Source: Azolla caroliniana
Taxonomy: Eukaryota; Plantae; Polypodiophyta
Assembly (NCBI GenBank): GCA_043228905.1
Contig: JBHGNT010000018.1
Span: 3,224,001 to 3,288,000 of the forward strand
Direction of reading: 5' to 3'
Length of the DNA: 64,000 nucleotides
How positions within the stretch are numbered: the first letter of the stretch is position 1; each line of letters opens with the position of its first letter. The position numbers were made by a program, and so were the translations under genes. Shown here piece after piece: positions 35,710-47,925 of the stretch. The notes under the pieces were generated by a model. The model worked only from the letters and a program-made list of their open reading frames with translations, searched no databases and was not told the DNA's origin.

Positions 35710-35996
35710 TGTTGGGAATTCAGTCCCTCCGGATGGGATCCAGATGAGAACCGGATGAGACGGATGAAGAAGCCAGATTCGGAAGGGTTCCGGATAAGAT
35801 CCGGAAACTGGAACCAGTGATTCGGAATGGATCCGGTGCAAACCGGATCCAAGGACATATTTGTAAATATGTTAGGATAAGCCCACTGAGGCTATATTTG
35901 TAAATAGCCCAAAAGTCATATGAGTACAAATATGACTTAGGGCAATCAGATTATGATGATGGTGTTGTTGTATATTGTGGTATACAGAGAGGGAGC

Positions 35997-36028
<32 letters not shown>

Positions 36029-36260
36029 ACTAGTTTTCTGTTGTAACCGGCGGTTTGGCGAAGACATAAAGCTCGAGGTCGTTGCCTCTGAGTCTCACAT
36101 TGTATTCCTCCTCTCATAGTTATAGTTGGAGTTTGTGGGCTCCCGTGGTTTTTCCCATTTAGGGTTTTCCACGTTAACATTCTGTGTCATCTCTGTTTTA
36201 GTTTGTTCTCTTCCATTCCTTATTGTAAACTCGGTTGTGGCCAAGCATTATTTCCGCACA
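35710..36260 (+). mobile_element. Solo LTR, family A
   Basis: TGTTGGGAATTCAGTCCCTCCGGATGGGA...CCGCACA with TSD CCTTT. Shares motifs with the A1 and A2 LTRs. Confidence 0.93.
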
Positions 36261-36659
36261 CCTTTATTGCCATCATTTTTGTTTTATCCACATTAACAGT
36301 AGCGTATATCATTGCAACATCGCCCAAATATGAAGATATGCATGGTATGCAATGAAACCTAGTATAGGATGAATATCACTTGTCACATGCTCAACGTATA
36401 AGGTAATTCACAAAAATCTATCAACTTGTTAGACAAGCATGGTAATGTAAGTGTCATACTCAAATGTCCATCAAGAAGGGTGACCATATATGTGTGCATT
36501 ATTTTCAAATAAAGAGTTTTTACTACAAAGTAATAACCCCTCATTTTAGGAAGGAGTCAAATACAAGATGAATGTTGGAGTAACTTGGTCTTATAGCTCA
36601 AAATTGGTCTTTTCATGGACAATAAAACATCTATTCTATTCCTCCTACAACATAATTGT

Positions 36660-36830
36660 TGTCGAATACCTGTGTATAATGGACGTATTCACACCATCCC
36701 GTTTTGGCCATTTATGTAATTAGCATAAAGGGCAGTTGCCCTAAGTCGGTCACTATATATAGTGACCTTGTAACCTCTTTGTGAGGTTGGTTGTTGTATT
36801 ATTTGCTTTATGAAATAAAGACTCTTTTGT

Positions 36831-36864
<34 letters not shown>

Positions 36865-39800
36865 AACGACCTACATTCTGTCATACGCAGGGAATAAACA
36901 GGAATCGAGTGCTTCTTGATCTTCCGCACTGACGACATTGCTTACAACATCTGGTATCAGAGCTTGCACAGTAGTCGGTCCTTCAATCCGCTGTCGGCCG
37001 TCGTCTCTGCATTCGGTTTCCTGCGTCATTCGAAGAAAGAGAGAAGAAGAACAAAAACGAGGTTTGCACCTCATCGCGTTAGATCCCCTTGCTTGGAGTA
37101 AGCCAGCAGGTTGTACTCTGTCCCTTGTGATCGTAACCGCTCGAGGTGAAATCCCCTTGTGCAACCTTGACAACAACCCAAATTCGTGCTTCATCTGGCT
37201 GATCGACATTCGGGAGGATCAGTCGGATCCGTCTCTCTCATCGCTGCAGTCAACCGAAGCAGAATCGGTCCCGATAATCGGTTTCAATAATCGGTATTCG
37301 GCATATATATCCGAAGCGAACCAGGCTCACTCCGACTCGGCGACATTCGGGAAGACCAGTCGGTTCTGTCCCTCAAGTTACCGGAGTCAATTCGAGCAAG
37401 TTCCGAAGCCGAACCGACTCGGGTTCAAATCCGACTAGAACGATATCGGGTGAGCCAACTGGCTGCACTCCAACAAGGTTCGTAGTCAACTCCGAACCGA
37501 GCTTCGTCAACCAAAACCGAACTTGATGGCATCAACATCCGGCTCGTCAGAAATGAGTCTCCGAAAGTTCGATGGATCGAACTTCAACTTCTGGAAGGAA
37601 CAAATGCAGGACTATCTCATAGTCAAGGGGCAAATCGATCCCATCGAAAATGAAGAACCTCCAGAAGGATACAAACCAATTGAGTGGCAGAAGCTGGACA
37701 GAATCGTCCGCGCCACGATTCGGATGCACCTATCGGAATCGGTATACTTTACGGTGCAATCGTGTACGACAGCATTCGAACTGTGGAAAACACTGTCGGA
37801 CACTTACGAAAAGAAGGTCGCCGCAACGAAGATGTTTCTGATCCGGCGCCTCTACAACTTGCGGATGAAAGAATCCGATTCGGTTCAAGCACACCTCAAT
37901 GAGTACGAAAGCATAAGCTCCCAAATCTCGTCACAGGGGACGGCAATCGAGGATGAACTCAGAGCAATGATACTCATGAGCAGCCTTCCCTCATCATGGG
38001 AAACTTTCGTCACAACCGTGTGCAACGCGTCAACCACGGCTGTTAAATACTCCGAAGTCACGAGCGCAATCCTGACCGAAGTAGCTCGGAGAAAGTCTTT
38101 CGCCAAAGACTCAACAGACGACGCTTACGTAGTACAAGGTTCGACAGACCGATCGAACATACGAGGAAGAGATTCCTCACGACCGCCGAACAATCAGCGA
38201 AGACGGAGCCAGTCACGGGATAACCGAATCTGCAACTATTGCAAGAAACCCGGACACATCAAAGCCGACTGCCGCGCACTCAAGAACAAGAACAACAAGA
38301 AGAGTGGCCGGCATGAGGAGATCAATTACGTCAGCTTCTCGGCCGATGTACTACCGGACGACCCGAATATACTGTCAATCGAAAATCCAGTCGGATCCGA
38401 AGTTCTGCTCACGACTGAAGAATCGAGCACATGGCTCTTGGATTCGGGCGCGTCATTTCACGTGACTCCTCATAGATCCCAATTTCGGCAATATACGATC
38501 CGTCACTCCGACTCAGTTCGAGTCGGCAACTCACAACACTGTGACATCATCGGAATCGGCACAGTAGAGCTCAACCTTGCAGGTGGCTCTACACTTGTAC
38601 TCCACGATGTCCGACATGTACCCGAGCTCTCAAGGCCATTGATCTCAGTCGGACAACTAGATGAAGACGGCATTCGTGCCGGTTTTTCTTCGGGAGGGTG
38701 GACACTCCACAGGGGGAACCTCTTGCTTGCTAGAGGACCCAAGATACACTCCCTGTATCCGTTACATGTTACGCTCAGAGAGGGTAACCTGTTTTTGGTG
38801 GATATTCCTGTGTCATCACTATGGCACAGAAGATTAGGACACCTCAGCAAGGCCGGCATCACGCACCTATCTAGAGCCGGATACATCCCCAAACTCTCCT
38901 TCTCCGACCATCAATTTTGCGAGCATTGCCAGTATGGCAAACAAGCAGCCGGATCACACCCGACATCAGCACCAAGAGAAACGAGACCTCTCGATTTAGT
39001 CCATTCGGACGTCTGTGGCCCAATGCCGCATCAGTCTCTAGGCGGTGCCTCTTACTTCGTCACTTTCATTGACGATTCGACTCGAAAGGTGTGGGCTTAT
39101 CCGATTCGCACCAAAGATCGGGTCTTCTCGATCTTCTCAGATTGGCTCGCTATGGTAGAAAATCAAACCGACCGAAAGCTGAAATGCCTTCGGACCGACA
39201 ATGGGGGAGAGTTCAAATCCGAAGAATTCGTCAAATTCTGCCGACAACGCGGCATCCGACGTGAATTTACGGCACCACACAGTCCGGAGCAAAACGGGAT
39301 TGCAGAACGAATGAATCGGACAATCCAAGAACGGATAGTTTCCATGCTCCAACACTCCCGACTGTCGGATGGCTTCTGGGCAGAGGCTCTACTCACGGCA
39401 GTACACATAATCAATATGTCGCCAAGTAGACCTCTAGGACTTCAAATTCCTCAGGAACTATGGATCGGCAGCAAGCCGAATTACGACAAGCTGAGGATCT
39501 TCGGATGCGAGGCGTACGCCCTTATTCCGAAAGATGATCGCCGAAAACTTGCACCTCGGTCCAGGAAATGCATTTTCCTTGGATATGGATCAGACGGCGA
39601 AATGGGATACCGACTCTGGGACCCCGAACGCAGACAAATCGTTCGAAGTTCGGACGTTGTGTTCAACGAGTCGGCTATGAATCCATCAGTCGAAAAACCG
39701 ATCGAAGTCCGAAGGGTAACATTCTCCGATGTGCCGACCCTTCAAGAAGGCCCCGCTCTCAACACACGGTCAGCTTCACGGGTAGCTGAACCTTATACTA

Positions 39801-41645
39801 CCGACTCGGACAACTCTGACTCGGCACAGCCGAATGATTCGGTTTCGGACCATCCGACCTCGATACCCGATGCGACCAGTCCAATCATACCTCGACGATC
39901 CGAGAGACTGTCGCAACCTCCGGAGAGGTATTCTCCTGGAATTTTCTTCACCGATGCCGGCGAACCGACGTCTTACGAAGAAGCATCGACATCTGTCGAT
40001 TCGGCCACCTGGCATCTGGCGATGGAGTCGGAAATGCACTCCATCCGTGCAAACAAGACTTGGGATCTGGTCGAATTACCTAGGAACCGACGTGCTCTTC
40101 CTTGCAAGTGGGTTTATCGACTAAAAGAGACGTCTGATTCGACCACCCCAAAGTACAAGGCCAGATTAGTTGCGAAGGGCTTCCGACAAGAATATGGCGT
40201 CGACTTCGACGAGATTTTTTCACCAGTGGTGAAAATGACAACCCTTCGTTTTCTGCTCGGCGTCGTGGCAGCCGACAACTTGGAGCTGATTCAGCTAGAT
40301 GTCAAAACAGCCTTCCTCCATGGTGATCTCGAGGAGGAAATTTATATGGAGCAGCCAAAAGGCTTCGTGGCAACTGGCCAAGAACATCTAGTCTACCGAC
40401 TCAGGAAGAGTCTATACGGCCTCAAACAGGCACCGCGACAATGGTACAAGAAGTTCGACGACTTCATCCAATCGATCGGCTTCTCCAAAAGCGATGAGGA
40501 CCATTGTCTCTTCACCAATACAGCTCAAGATGGATCACCCATCTTCCTCATCATTTACGTGGACGACATGCTAATTTCTGGACGCCACGCGGGCGAACTT
40601 GCCGATCTCGTTCGGCAACTGCGGTTGAAGTTTGCCATGAAGGACCTCGGTCCGGCACGACACATCCTTGGCATGAAGATTAGTCGGCATCGCGATAAAC
40701 GACATCTCTTTTTGTCTCAGACCGACTATATCGGACGTGTCTTGGAACGCTTCAACATGCAATCAGCCAAATCTGCTTCAACCCCGCTCCCAATGAATCT
40801 TCGGCTCTCTCAGCGAGACTGCCCGACATCCGGCCCGGAGGGGGAAGATATGAAGTCGGTACCGTATGCACCGGCAGTCGGCTCCCTTATGTACCTGATG
40901 GTCGCGACACGGCCTGATATTTCTCACGCCGTAGGAGTCGTTAGCAGATTTATGCACAACCCTGGCCGATCGCATTGGAACGCAGTCAAGCATGTGTTCA
41001 GATATCTGGCTGGCACAAAAGACCACGGCATTCTTTTCGGTCCGAACCGAACCTCAGGCGTAGTCGGTTACACCGACTCGGACTTCGCCGGCTGTATAGA
41101 CAATCGGAAATCAACAACCGGATACTGCTTCAAATTCGGCAATGGAGCAATCTCGTGGAAGTCGAAACTTCAGGAGTGCACAGCGACCTCAACGACCGAA
41201 GCAGAATATGTAGCTGCGTCCGACGCAGCAAAAGAAGCTTTGTGGCTCGGTCGGCTGGCGCACACGTTTCGACAAGTCGAACATGACTCGGCTCCAGTTG
41301 TCTACAGCGACAGTCAAGGTGCTGTTGCCTTGTCGAAAAATCCGGTTCACCACAACGCCTCCAAACATATCGATGTTCGATATCACTTCGTTCGGGACTG
41401 CGTCATTTCAGGGAAAATCGGTCTAGAGAAAATATCCACAACCGACAATGTCGCAGATGGAATGACCAAGTGTCTTTCGGCAGACCGTTTTCGGTCTCTT
41501 CGGCATCAGATGGGCGTAACGACAAACCAGTCCGGTTAGAGCCGGACACAGAGCAGGATGGTTCCCGACAACCGACATCAGTTCCTTAATGATCGGCTTC
41601 AACTGTTCCGACCCGACCAGTTCGGTCTTCTGCCTTCGGACTCTG
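36660..41645 (+). mobile_element. Copia B2, near-identical to B1, 3' LTR missing
   Basis: 5' LTR 36660-36949 and PBS at 36952. Homology to B1 stops at ~41645, about 100 bp after the stop codon. Confidence 0.95.
37526..41539 (+). CDS. Copia Gag-Pol polyprotein (family B)
   Basis: Full-length ORF. I see 5 aa differences from B1 (N/S, C/Y, D/G, Y/C, S/N). Confidence 0.97.
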   Translation: MASTSGSSEMSLRKFDGSNFNFWKEQMQDYLIVKGQIDPIENEEPPEGYKPIEWQKLDRIVRATIRMHLSESVYFTVQSCTTAFELWKTLSDTYEKKVAATKMFLIRRLYNLRMKESDSVQAHLNEYESISSQISSQGTAIEDELRAMILMSSLPSSWETFVTTVCNASTTAVKYSEVTSAILTEVARRKSFAKDSTDDAYVVQGSTDRSNIRGRDSSRPPNNQRRRSQSRDNRICNYCKKPGHIKADCRALKNKNNKKSGRHEEINYVSFSADVLPDDPNILSIENPVGSEVLLTTEESSTWLLDSGASFHVTPHRSQFRQYTIRHSDSVRVGNSQHCDIIGIGTVELNLAGGSTLVLHDVRHVPELSRPLISVGQLDEDGIRAGFSSGGWTLHRGNLLLARGPKIHSLYPLHVTLREGNLFLVDIPVSSLWHRRLGHLSKAGITHLSRAGYIPKLSFSDHQFCEHCQYGKQAAGSHPTSAPRETRPLDLVHSDVCGPMPHQSLGGASYFVTFIDDSTRKVWAYPIRTKDRVFSIFSDWLAMVENQTDRKLKCLRTDNGGEFKSEEFVKFCRQRGIRREFTAPHSPEQNGIAERMNRTIQERIVSMLQHSRLSDGFWAEALLTAVHIINMSPSRPLGLQIPQELWIGSKPNYDKLRIFGCEAYALIPKDDRRKLAPRSRKCIFLGYGSDGEMGYRLWDPERRQIVRSSDVVFNESAMNPSVEKPIEVRRVTFSDVPTLQEGPALNTRSASRVAEPYTTDSDNSDSAQPNDSVSDHPTSIPDATSPIIPRRSERLSQPPERYSPGIFFTDAGEPTSYEEASTSVDSATWHLAMESEMHSIRANKTWDLVELPRNRRALPCKWVYRLKETSDSTTPKYKARLVAKGFRQEYGVDFDEIFSPVVKMTTLRFLLGVVAADNLELIQLDVKTAFLHGDLEEEIYMEQPKGFVATGQEHLVYRLRKSLYGLKQAPRQWYKKFDDFIQSIGFSKSDEDHCLFTNTAQDGSPIFLIIYVDDMLISGRHAGELADLVRQLRLKFAMKDLGPARHILGMKISRHRDKRHLFLSQTDYIGRVLERFNMQSAKSASTPLPMNLRLSQRDCPTSGPEGEDMKSVPYAPAVGSLMYLMVATRPDISHAVGVVSRFMHNPGRSHWNAVKHVFRYLAGTKDHGILFGPNRTSGVVGYTDSDFAGCIDNRKSTTGYCFKFGNGAISWKSKLQECTATSTTEAEYVAASDAAKEALWLGRLAHTFRQVEHDSAPVVYSDSQGAVALSKNPVHHNASKHIDVRYHFVRDCVISGKIGLEKISTTDNVADGMTKCLSADRFRSLRHQMGVTTNQSG

Positions 41646-43130
41646 GGTTTTCGGCTCCCGACTTGTCGCCACCTTCATCATAAAGGCATAGTGATATGCC
41701 ATGTAGTCGTTGTAGCCGAATCGGCTAACTATGTCGATTCATCGATTACGACATCCCTACTCACTCATACCTTTCTAGTAGAGGGATTGAAGCACTTATA
41801 CCCTTTTTGTTCGAGTGAGTGCCCCACGAGGGTACACTTTTCCAATTTTGAATCGTGCTTTTGTCGCTTTTCATCGGTGTAAAGAATCGATGGTGATTCT
41901 TGTGCAGCGGAATAGGTTAGAGATGTGTGTTGTGTGTGTGTGTGTGTGAGAGAGAGAGGGGGGGGGGGGGGGGGGGGGGCGAGAGGAGAGAAACATGTCA
42001 AGATAGATAGGAAAAATATTCAAGAAGACTGTATATTACAAAGGAGATTAACCGACATATTACAAAGTAGGAGAAGAGTGCTTTATATAGTCACTCTCTC
42101 TATTCATTAACTACCGAAGCTCATGAGTCATGGGGAATGTGGAAACTCATTAGTTATGTGTCATAGAATATGATTCTATGACACATAGTTAATGTGTAAA
42201 GAGTAGTGGTGTGACTTTTGACCTTTGAGTGTTCATACACTCTCAAGGGTATGTTCATACACTAGGCTAGGTTCATACACTCTCAAGGGTATGTTCTCAA
42301 CATGCCACCTCAAGCTCAACTTTGGTCGGCTTGTTCGCTTCAGTTGGTACCTGGTTCAGACGGTATTCGGTTCTCTCTTGTTTGGTGTCCTCTTCAGCTG
42401 ATACCCGGTTCAGACGTACTCCCCCTTAAGCTTGGCAAATCAGGGATCATCAATCCAAGGTCTCACATGAATTGACGAAGTTTGTCGACTCCTAGGGCTT
42501 TGGTGAAGATGTCGGATGTCTGAAGATTCGTGCTGATGTCTTGAAGGTCGACATCTCCAACCTGAATGCGCTCTCGAATGAAGTGATAGTCCACTTCAAT
42601 ATGCTTCGTGTGTGCGTGGAACACCAGGTTCCGAGCTAGATGAATACTGCTCATGTTGTTGCAATAAAGAGGAATCAGATCTTTGATGTGAACGCCCAAA
42701 TCCTTCAATATCCTCTTGAGCCATATGACTTCACATGCAGCCATCGTCGCACCCTTGTATTCAGCCTTTGTGCTCAAAAGAACGACGGTTGGTTGCTTCT
42801 TGCTACTCCAGGAGATGGCGTAGTACCGGCAACCACTGAATGTTGTCGTTTGGACTAGTCCCCATACGTCTGAGTGTATTACATCCAGTTCCTTTGGGAA
42901 CAGTTGATAGTGTTGTTTACCGAATTGGCAGGCTTCGCATACGCCTGCAATCTCCTTCTTGGTAAAGGTCGGGAGTCCGATGATGATTGCTTTTGACTAC
43001 ATTCCTTTGAGCTTTTGGAGATTGATGTGGCCAATTCTTTTGTGTCATAGCTCTATGTCAGCATCACTTTTCGATGAAGCATCCTCCGTCGTTGAACCGA
43101 ACTTGTATAAACGTGAGATATCATTTTATT
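41646..43130 (-). mobile_element. Copia (C/D-like) fragments with an LTR at ~41891-42302
   Basis: KHDSKLEKCTLVGHSLEQKGYKCFNP; RNase H AACEVIWLKRIL...HTKHIEVDYHFIRE; GAG-pre-integrase fragment; degenerate PPT next to 42302. Confidence 0.8.
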
Positions 43131-43159
43131 CGGGACTATGTCATTTCAAGGAAAATCAG

Positions 43160-45125
43160 CCTTAAGAAGATACCTACTGCCGATAATGTCGCAGATGGGA
43201 TGACCAAGTGTCTTCTGGCAGATCGATTCTGATCCCTTCGGCACCAGATGGGCGTAATGAAAAATCAATCCGATTGAGTCGAACACTCAGGATAGGTTTC
43301 AAACATTTGACAATCGGCATCAACGACTTAACTTCAACACTCTGATTGAGATGTACCTTCGGACTAGTCGATTCTACTTTAGCCTTTCTGTTATGTACAC
43401 ATAACGTTGGTGAGGGTAGGTCACCAATATTTACATTAGTGAAGGGTATCTTCACTAATGTTAAAAAGGCAACTAATGATTGGATAGAACGAATGATATG
43501 TGCATGCACTATCATGATTTGGACAACCAATGAATGGAGAGCCTTTTAGAAAGGCACATCTATTCAAGGGGCCTAGGAAAAGGTATAAATATGAGGCTTA
43601 GCTACCCTCATAAAGACATTACGTCGGAAGGCTGCTGTCTTAGACACCGGTGGTGCGGGCTAGGCTTTCATCTCGACGATCGTGTTTATCTCTTCCAAGG
43701 TATTAGTCATCCTAATATCCGGTGGTATGGGACATCGGTGGTAGGTTGGCTATGTCTAGATCATAGCTCAGGGATGGTCGGGTGGAACAGGTTCTTCTAT
43801 CCAAATTCTATTTTCCTTCTTTTACTTTACTTTGGTCTATTGATTAGTAATAGACTCTTAACACTTTTTGACCCTGATATTTCTAATTTGGACAAGCCCG
43901 ATCTGTCTGATAACCTTTGTATAAATCTGTATTCTTTTATTAATCCCTTTTAGCACAGATTTTTGTTGTATACGCCCATTATGGGGGAGTGTCGAATATG
44001 GGAAATAATGGACGTATTCACATTGTCCTATTGGACATACTAGGTTTTAAGCTATTTATGTAGATAGTGGAAAGGACAGTTGCCCTAAGTCAATTGGTAT
44101 TTAAACTGACTCTTGTAACCTAGTTTAGTTGTTGTTGAGAGTGTCATTTCTTGCATTGGAACTTTTGGAATAAGACTGTTGTTGGGAGACAGGTCCCTCC
44201 GGATGGGAAGGAAGAAGAAGAGTGCCGACGAACAAACTCGGCCGAGGCCGAAACGTTATGAGGAGTACCCGGCTACGGAGAGTCGGATGATACAGACCCG
44301 GTGTGAACCGGATGAGGAGTACTCGGCTACGGAGAGCCGGATGGTGCAAGCCCGGTATGAACCGGATGAGGAGTACTCGGCTACGGAGAGCCGGATGGTG
44401 CAAGCCCGGTATGAACCGGATGAGGAGTACCCAGCTACGGAGAGCCGGATGGTGCAGGCCCGGTATGAACCGGATGAGGAGTACTCGGCTACGAAGAGCC
44501 GGATGGCGCAGGCCCGGTATGAACCGGGGGAAGAGACATATTCGTAAATATGTTTCTGAGAGCCCATTGTGGCTATATTTGTAAATAGCCGAAAAGTCAT
44601 ATTAGTATAAATATGACTTAGGGCAAACTAATATTAGTAGGTCGTTATTCTTCCTTGTTGGTGCAAGAAGAAGAGAGAGCGCGTAACTGTACAGAGAGAG
44701 AGAGAGAGAACGAGGTCGTTGCCTTTGTTGTAACCGCCGCTTGTGGCGAAGAGCGTGAGTCCGAGGTCGTTGCCTCCGAGAACTCACTGTTTTGTACATT
44801 CATACATAGTGACAGTTTGCAGCCTATGGGCTGTCGTGGTTTTTCCTCCAGTTTGGGGTTTTCCACGTTAACCTCCTGTGTAGTGTGTGTGTATCTTCCT
44901 CTCCTTTGTATCGTGTTGTATTTCCCGTTTTTCTGTGTATGAGAAGAATCTCGGTTGTGGCCGAGCATTGCGCTTAAGGAACGTTGGGTTCCCGTCAACT
45001 GTTACATTGTGTGTCTCCTTTTCTCTAATTTTGTCTTCTTGATCCTGCTTTAACCTGTTAACTTGATGATCTTCCTAGCATTGATATTGTTCATGTTTCC
45101 GCATTGATGGTCTCATACTCCAACA
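43160..45125 (+). mobile_element. 3' end of a diverged family-B relative; LTR 43990-45125 interrupted by a solo LTR
   Basis: KIPTADNVADGMTKCLLADRF*SLRHQMG. PPT ATGGGGGAG followed by TGTCGAATA...AATGGACGTATTCAC, as in the B LTR. Confidence 0.8.
44180..44997 (+). mobile_element. Solo LTR, family-A-like, with a 48-bp tandem array (~44255-44528)
   Basis: TGTTGGGAGACAGGTCCCTCCGGATGGGA...GTCA with TSD ACTGT. Units are GAACCGGATGAGGAGTACTCGGCTACGGAGAGCCGGATGGTGCAAGCCCGGTAT-like. Confidence 0.92.
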
Positions 45126-45272
45126 TGGGTGAACCCCTTCAATGAGTAATGTGGCATGGTTTCAAGAACATGTGGTAAGTGAGTGCGTGTATAACAATAA
45201 TGGAGTGTGTGCTTATAATCAATAGTTTATATGTGTTTACACGTAAGTGTATGTGTGTGTATATGTATATAA

Positions 45273-45316
<44 letters not shown>

Positions 45317-45954
45317 GCATGTAAATATGTGCATATAAGTGTAACTATTTAAGTTAGTCCAAGAGTGTGAGCAAGTGTATAAGTATCTGTGTAATTCTGT
45401 CTATAAGAATACATGTGTGTATGCATGTAGTTGTTTATGTGTATATTTGAGATTATATGCATGATTAAATGTGTTTGTGTTTATAGGTGTTTATGTGTAT
45501 GCAAGTCCATATACTCAGTGTGTGTGTGTGTGTGTGCGCGCGCGCGCGCATAAAGGTGTGTAAGGAAGTTCCGTGTGCATGTGCTTATTTGTGTGTTTGT
45601 GTCGGTAAATGAGGGGAAATTGTTGTGTATAAGTTTGAGGGAAATGAATCAAATGACACAAATTTTACGTGACTTGAACCCATTTACGTAGGAAAGAAAA
45701 GCGGGGGGGAGTATCCTTGAGTTTCGGTGTATCGAGTTTATGATTGATGGACATCACCTTCGTTGTCATAGGATTCCCATGAACCCTTGTGATTCGTTAC
45801 ACTATGCTTCCGTTTGTTATCTCTTATAGGATGCACCACTAACTTTCCTTGTTTAGCATGCACTTGCCCTTATCCTTGAATGAGTGCCTAATGTTGGCAA
45901 AATATATTTGTTGAAGTTTTGGTATTTACAAATCACTTCATTGTTGTCACTTAA

Positions 45955-46960
45955 AGAGTGTGGATCAGTTTTGTACCTCCTCCACCTTGAAGGCTTCACC
46001 GACTCCGACTATGTCGGCAACCTCGACAATCGGAAGTCAACCTCAGGCTACATTTTCACCTATCGAAGCAGTACAATGTTGTGGAGATCGAATCTCCAAG
46101 AATGTACAACACTCTCCACCACAGAGGCCAAGTACATTATTGCGTTGGCTGATTTTTGCCACTCTCAGAGCATGATTCACCTCATACGGAATCCTGTTTA
46201 TCATGCAAAGACGAAACATATTGAGATCACTGTGAGGTGTCATCACATCTGGCAGCTCATCACCGACAAGAAGCTCGAAGTCCGGAAGATTGATACAAAG
46301 GTGAACATCGTCGATTGGTTGACGAAGCCGCACCCAGATCACCGCTTTTGAACACTAAGGAGGAAGATGGGACTACTACAAGCCGAGGTGAATAGAGAAG
46401 CCGAATCAGAGGAAGCAACAAAAGAGTCGAAGGTCGAAAGGGACGAGGACAAGTTGACTAAGCTGAAAGACCGAAATTTCGACCAGGCCAAAGGGCCAAC
46501 AAGGCCAATCCGAGCCGACTTGATCACTCCTTATTTGAAATTAGCCGAACAGCTTGTAAATTCTAATTGTAATTTAAATTCAAACTGTAATTTAAGTTTA
46601 CGAGGGAGAAAACCCCTAGTTCATTGTAGACAATTAGAGTGGTCCTTTTACGGGGGAGTTTGTTGGTCTAAAAGTCCTAGTCTACCCATTGTATCTTCTT
46701 AATGTGAACACTCCACTAGGAGTTAGGGCTTAATTACCCCAACGATAAATAAGAGGGAACTAAGTTTTGTAAAGAAGTTTAGGGTGATTTGAATAGCAAC
46801 AATTTCTTCTTGCTCCATAACTGTGTAACTGTCTCTCACCTTCTTTCTTGTATTATCTTCTTGTTGTGATTGAATAGTGCACCATACCTTTACTTGACAC
46901 ATGCTTGCCAAGTTCCATTAAACAAGATCAAGATTATTCCGCATAAGTCAACATACCATC
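45955..46960 (+). mobile_element. Copia RNase H remnant with PPT and an LTR starting at 46661
   Basis: LEGFTDSDYVGNLDNRKSTSGY...NPVYHAKTKHIE; GGGGGAGTT followed by TGTTGG. The LTR segment resembles 1040-1200. Right boundary approximate. Confidence 0.75.
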
Positions 46961-47639
46961 ACACAATAGCTGACCAAGACACATCTAGAGAGTCAACCTT
47001 GAGAACTTTCATAATGAGTTGTGTTGATTCCTAAGAGCTATTGTCGTAAGCCACCACCCAATCTCCTTTGTCATTTTATCTCAGCCAAAGGCAATGTTTC
47101 CTATCAAACTACCTTTTTTTTTTAAACCTTGTTTCTTTTAGCCACTCTATTCTACCTTTATGCTCATATGTCACCTTCCAAGTTGCCTACCTCATTACAA
47201 AGTCCGTCCTACTCATCTCTTCCTTCATGACACAAATAACCATGATGTAATCTACTTAATGGGCACGATTGGCTTATGTTTGTGCATAAGCTATGTTCTG
47301 GGTGGGGGCTTCAATTGGCCCACAAAACATAAAGCAACTAGTAAATGGACACTCGCCTACTTTTCTCTTGGGAGCTTCAACAACTGTCTTGACTATTAAG
47401 TTATGTCCCTATTCCACCTTCTTCTTGACCTTCAAATTGTAAACCATGGTAAGATAAACCTTGACTCTGAATCATGAAAAGCTAGGAAACAAAGTATGGT
47501 CAGTTTGGGTAGTATTGTCTCATGATAGTCCCTTCAAAGACCCAATCAAAATTCGCTTATAGTGACTATATCCCCTCTCATCAAATTAACAAACTCATCA
47601 TCCTACTAGAACAATAAGGTTAGAGGCAACATATTAGGT

Positions 47640-47925
47640 TATGTGGGTACAACTTGATAACCATGCAAATGCATGTTTTTGGATCATGCATTTCCTCAAG
47701 AATTCAACATCCCAACCGTAGATTGTCAACACCTAATGGTAGTGGAGATTGTTGATGGATGTGAAATTCCTTATGGTCATGTGAGAGATTCTACAATACC
47801 TTTGGAAGTGCATGTGCAAGGAAATCCTTGCATGATCTCTTCTAGTCTAAATATTTCTAGTCCCCATGAACAAATTATCTTAGGTTTCCTTGGGTTGAGT
47901 TGCTAAACCTAAAGATTGGTTGTGC
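47640..47925 (+). pseudogene. Highly degenerate gypsy aspartic-protease-like remnant
   Basis: FLDHAF...IP...VEIVDG...STIPLEV...ISSP..IILG resembles the chromovirus protease region. Recognised by pattern only. Confidence 0.5.

Larger units (their letters stand above)
34760..36330 (-). mobile_element. Degenerate non-LTR (LINE) RT/thumb remnant carrying two solo LTRs
   Basis: With the solo LTRs removed it reads VNVDKTKMMA...GEPIEVVQHFTYIG...LFNAMVV*VLLYSAEVW, which are typical post-YADD motifs of LINE RTs. Confidence 0.65.

Noticed and set aside
36938-37438. 166-aa leader ORF in frame with family B gag (also 31267-31767) and a 112-aa antisense ORF
   Set aside because: The leader has a non-ATG start inside the LTR and two stops before gag. 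Identity between B1 and B2 reflects recent copying, not selection.
41958-41979. Long G homopolymer as a possible G-quadruplex
   Set aside because: It is part of a compound TG/GA/G microsatellite in an LTR, its length is unreliable, and there is no evidence of function.
44125-44600. Repetitive ORFs on both strands (YEPDEEYSATESRMVQAR)
   Set aside because: A by-product of a 48-bp (multiple of 3) repeat inside a solo LTR.
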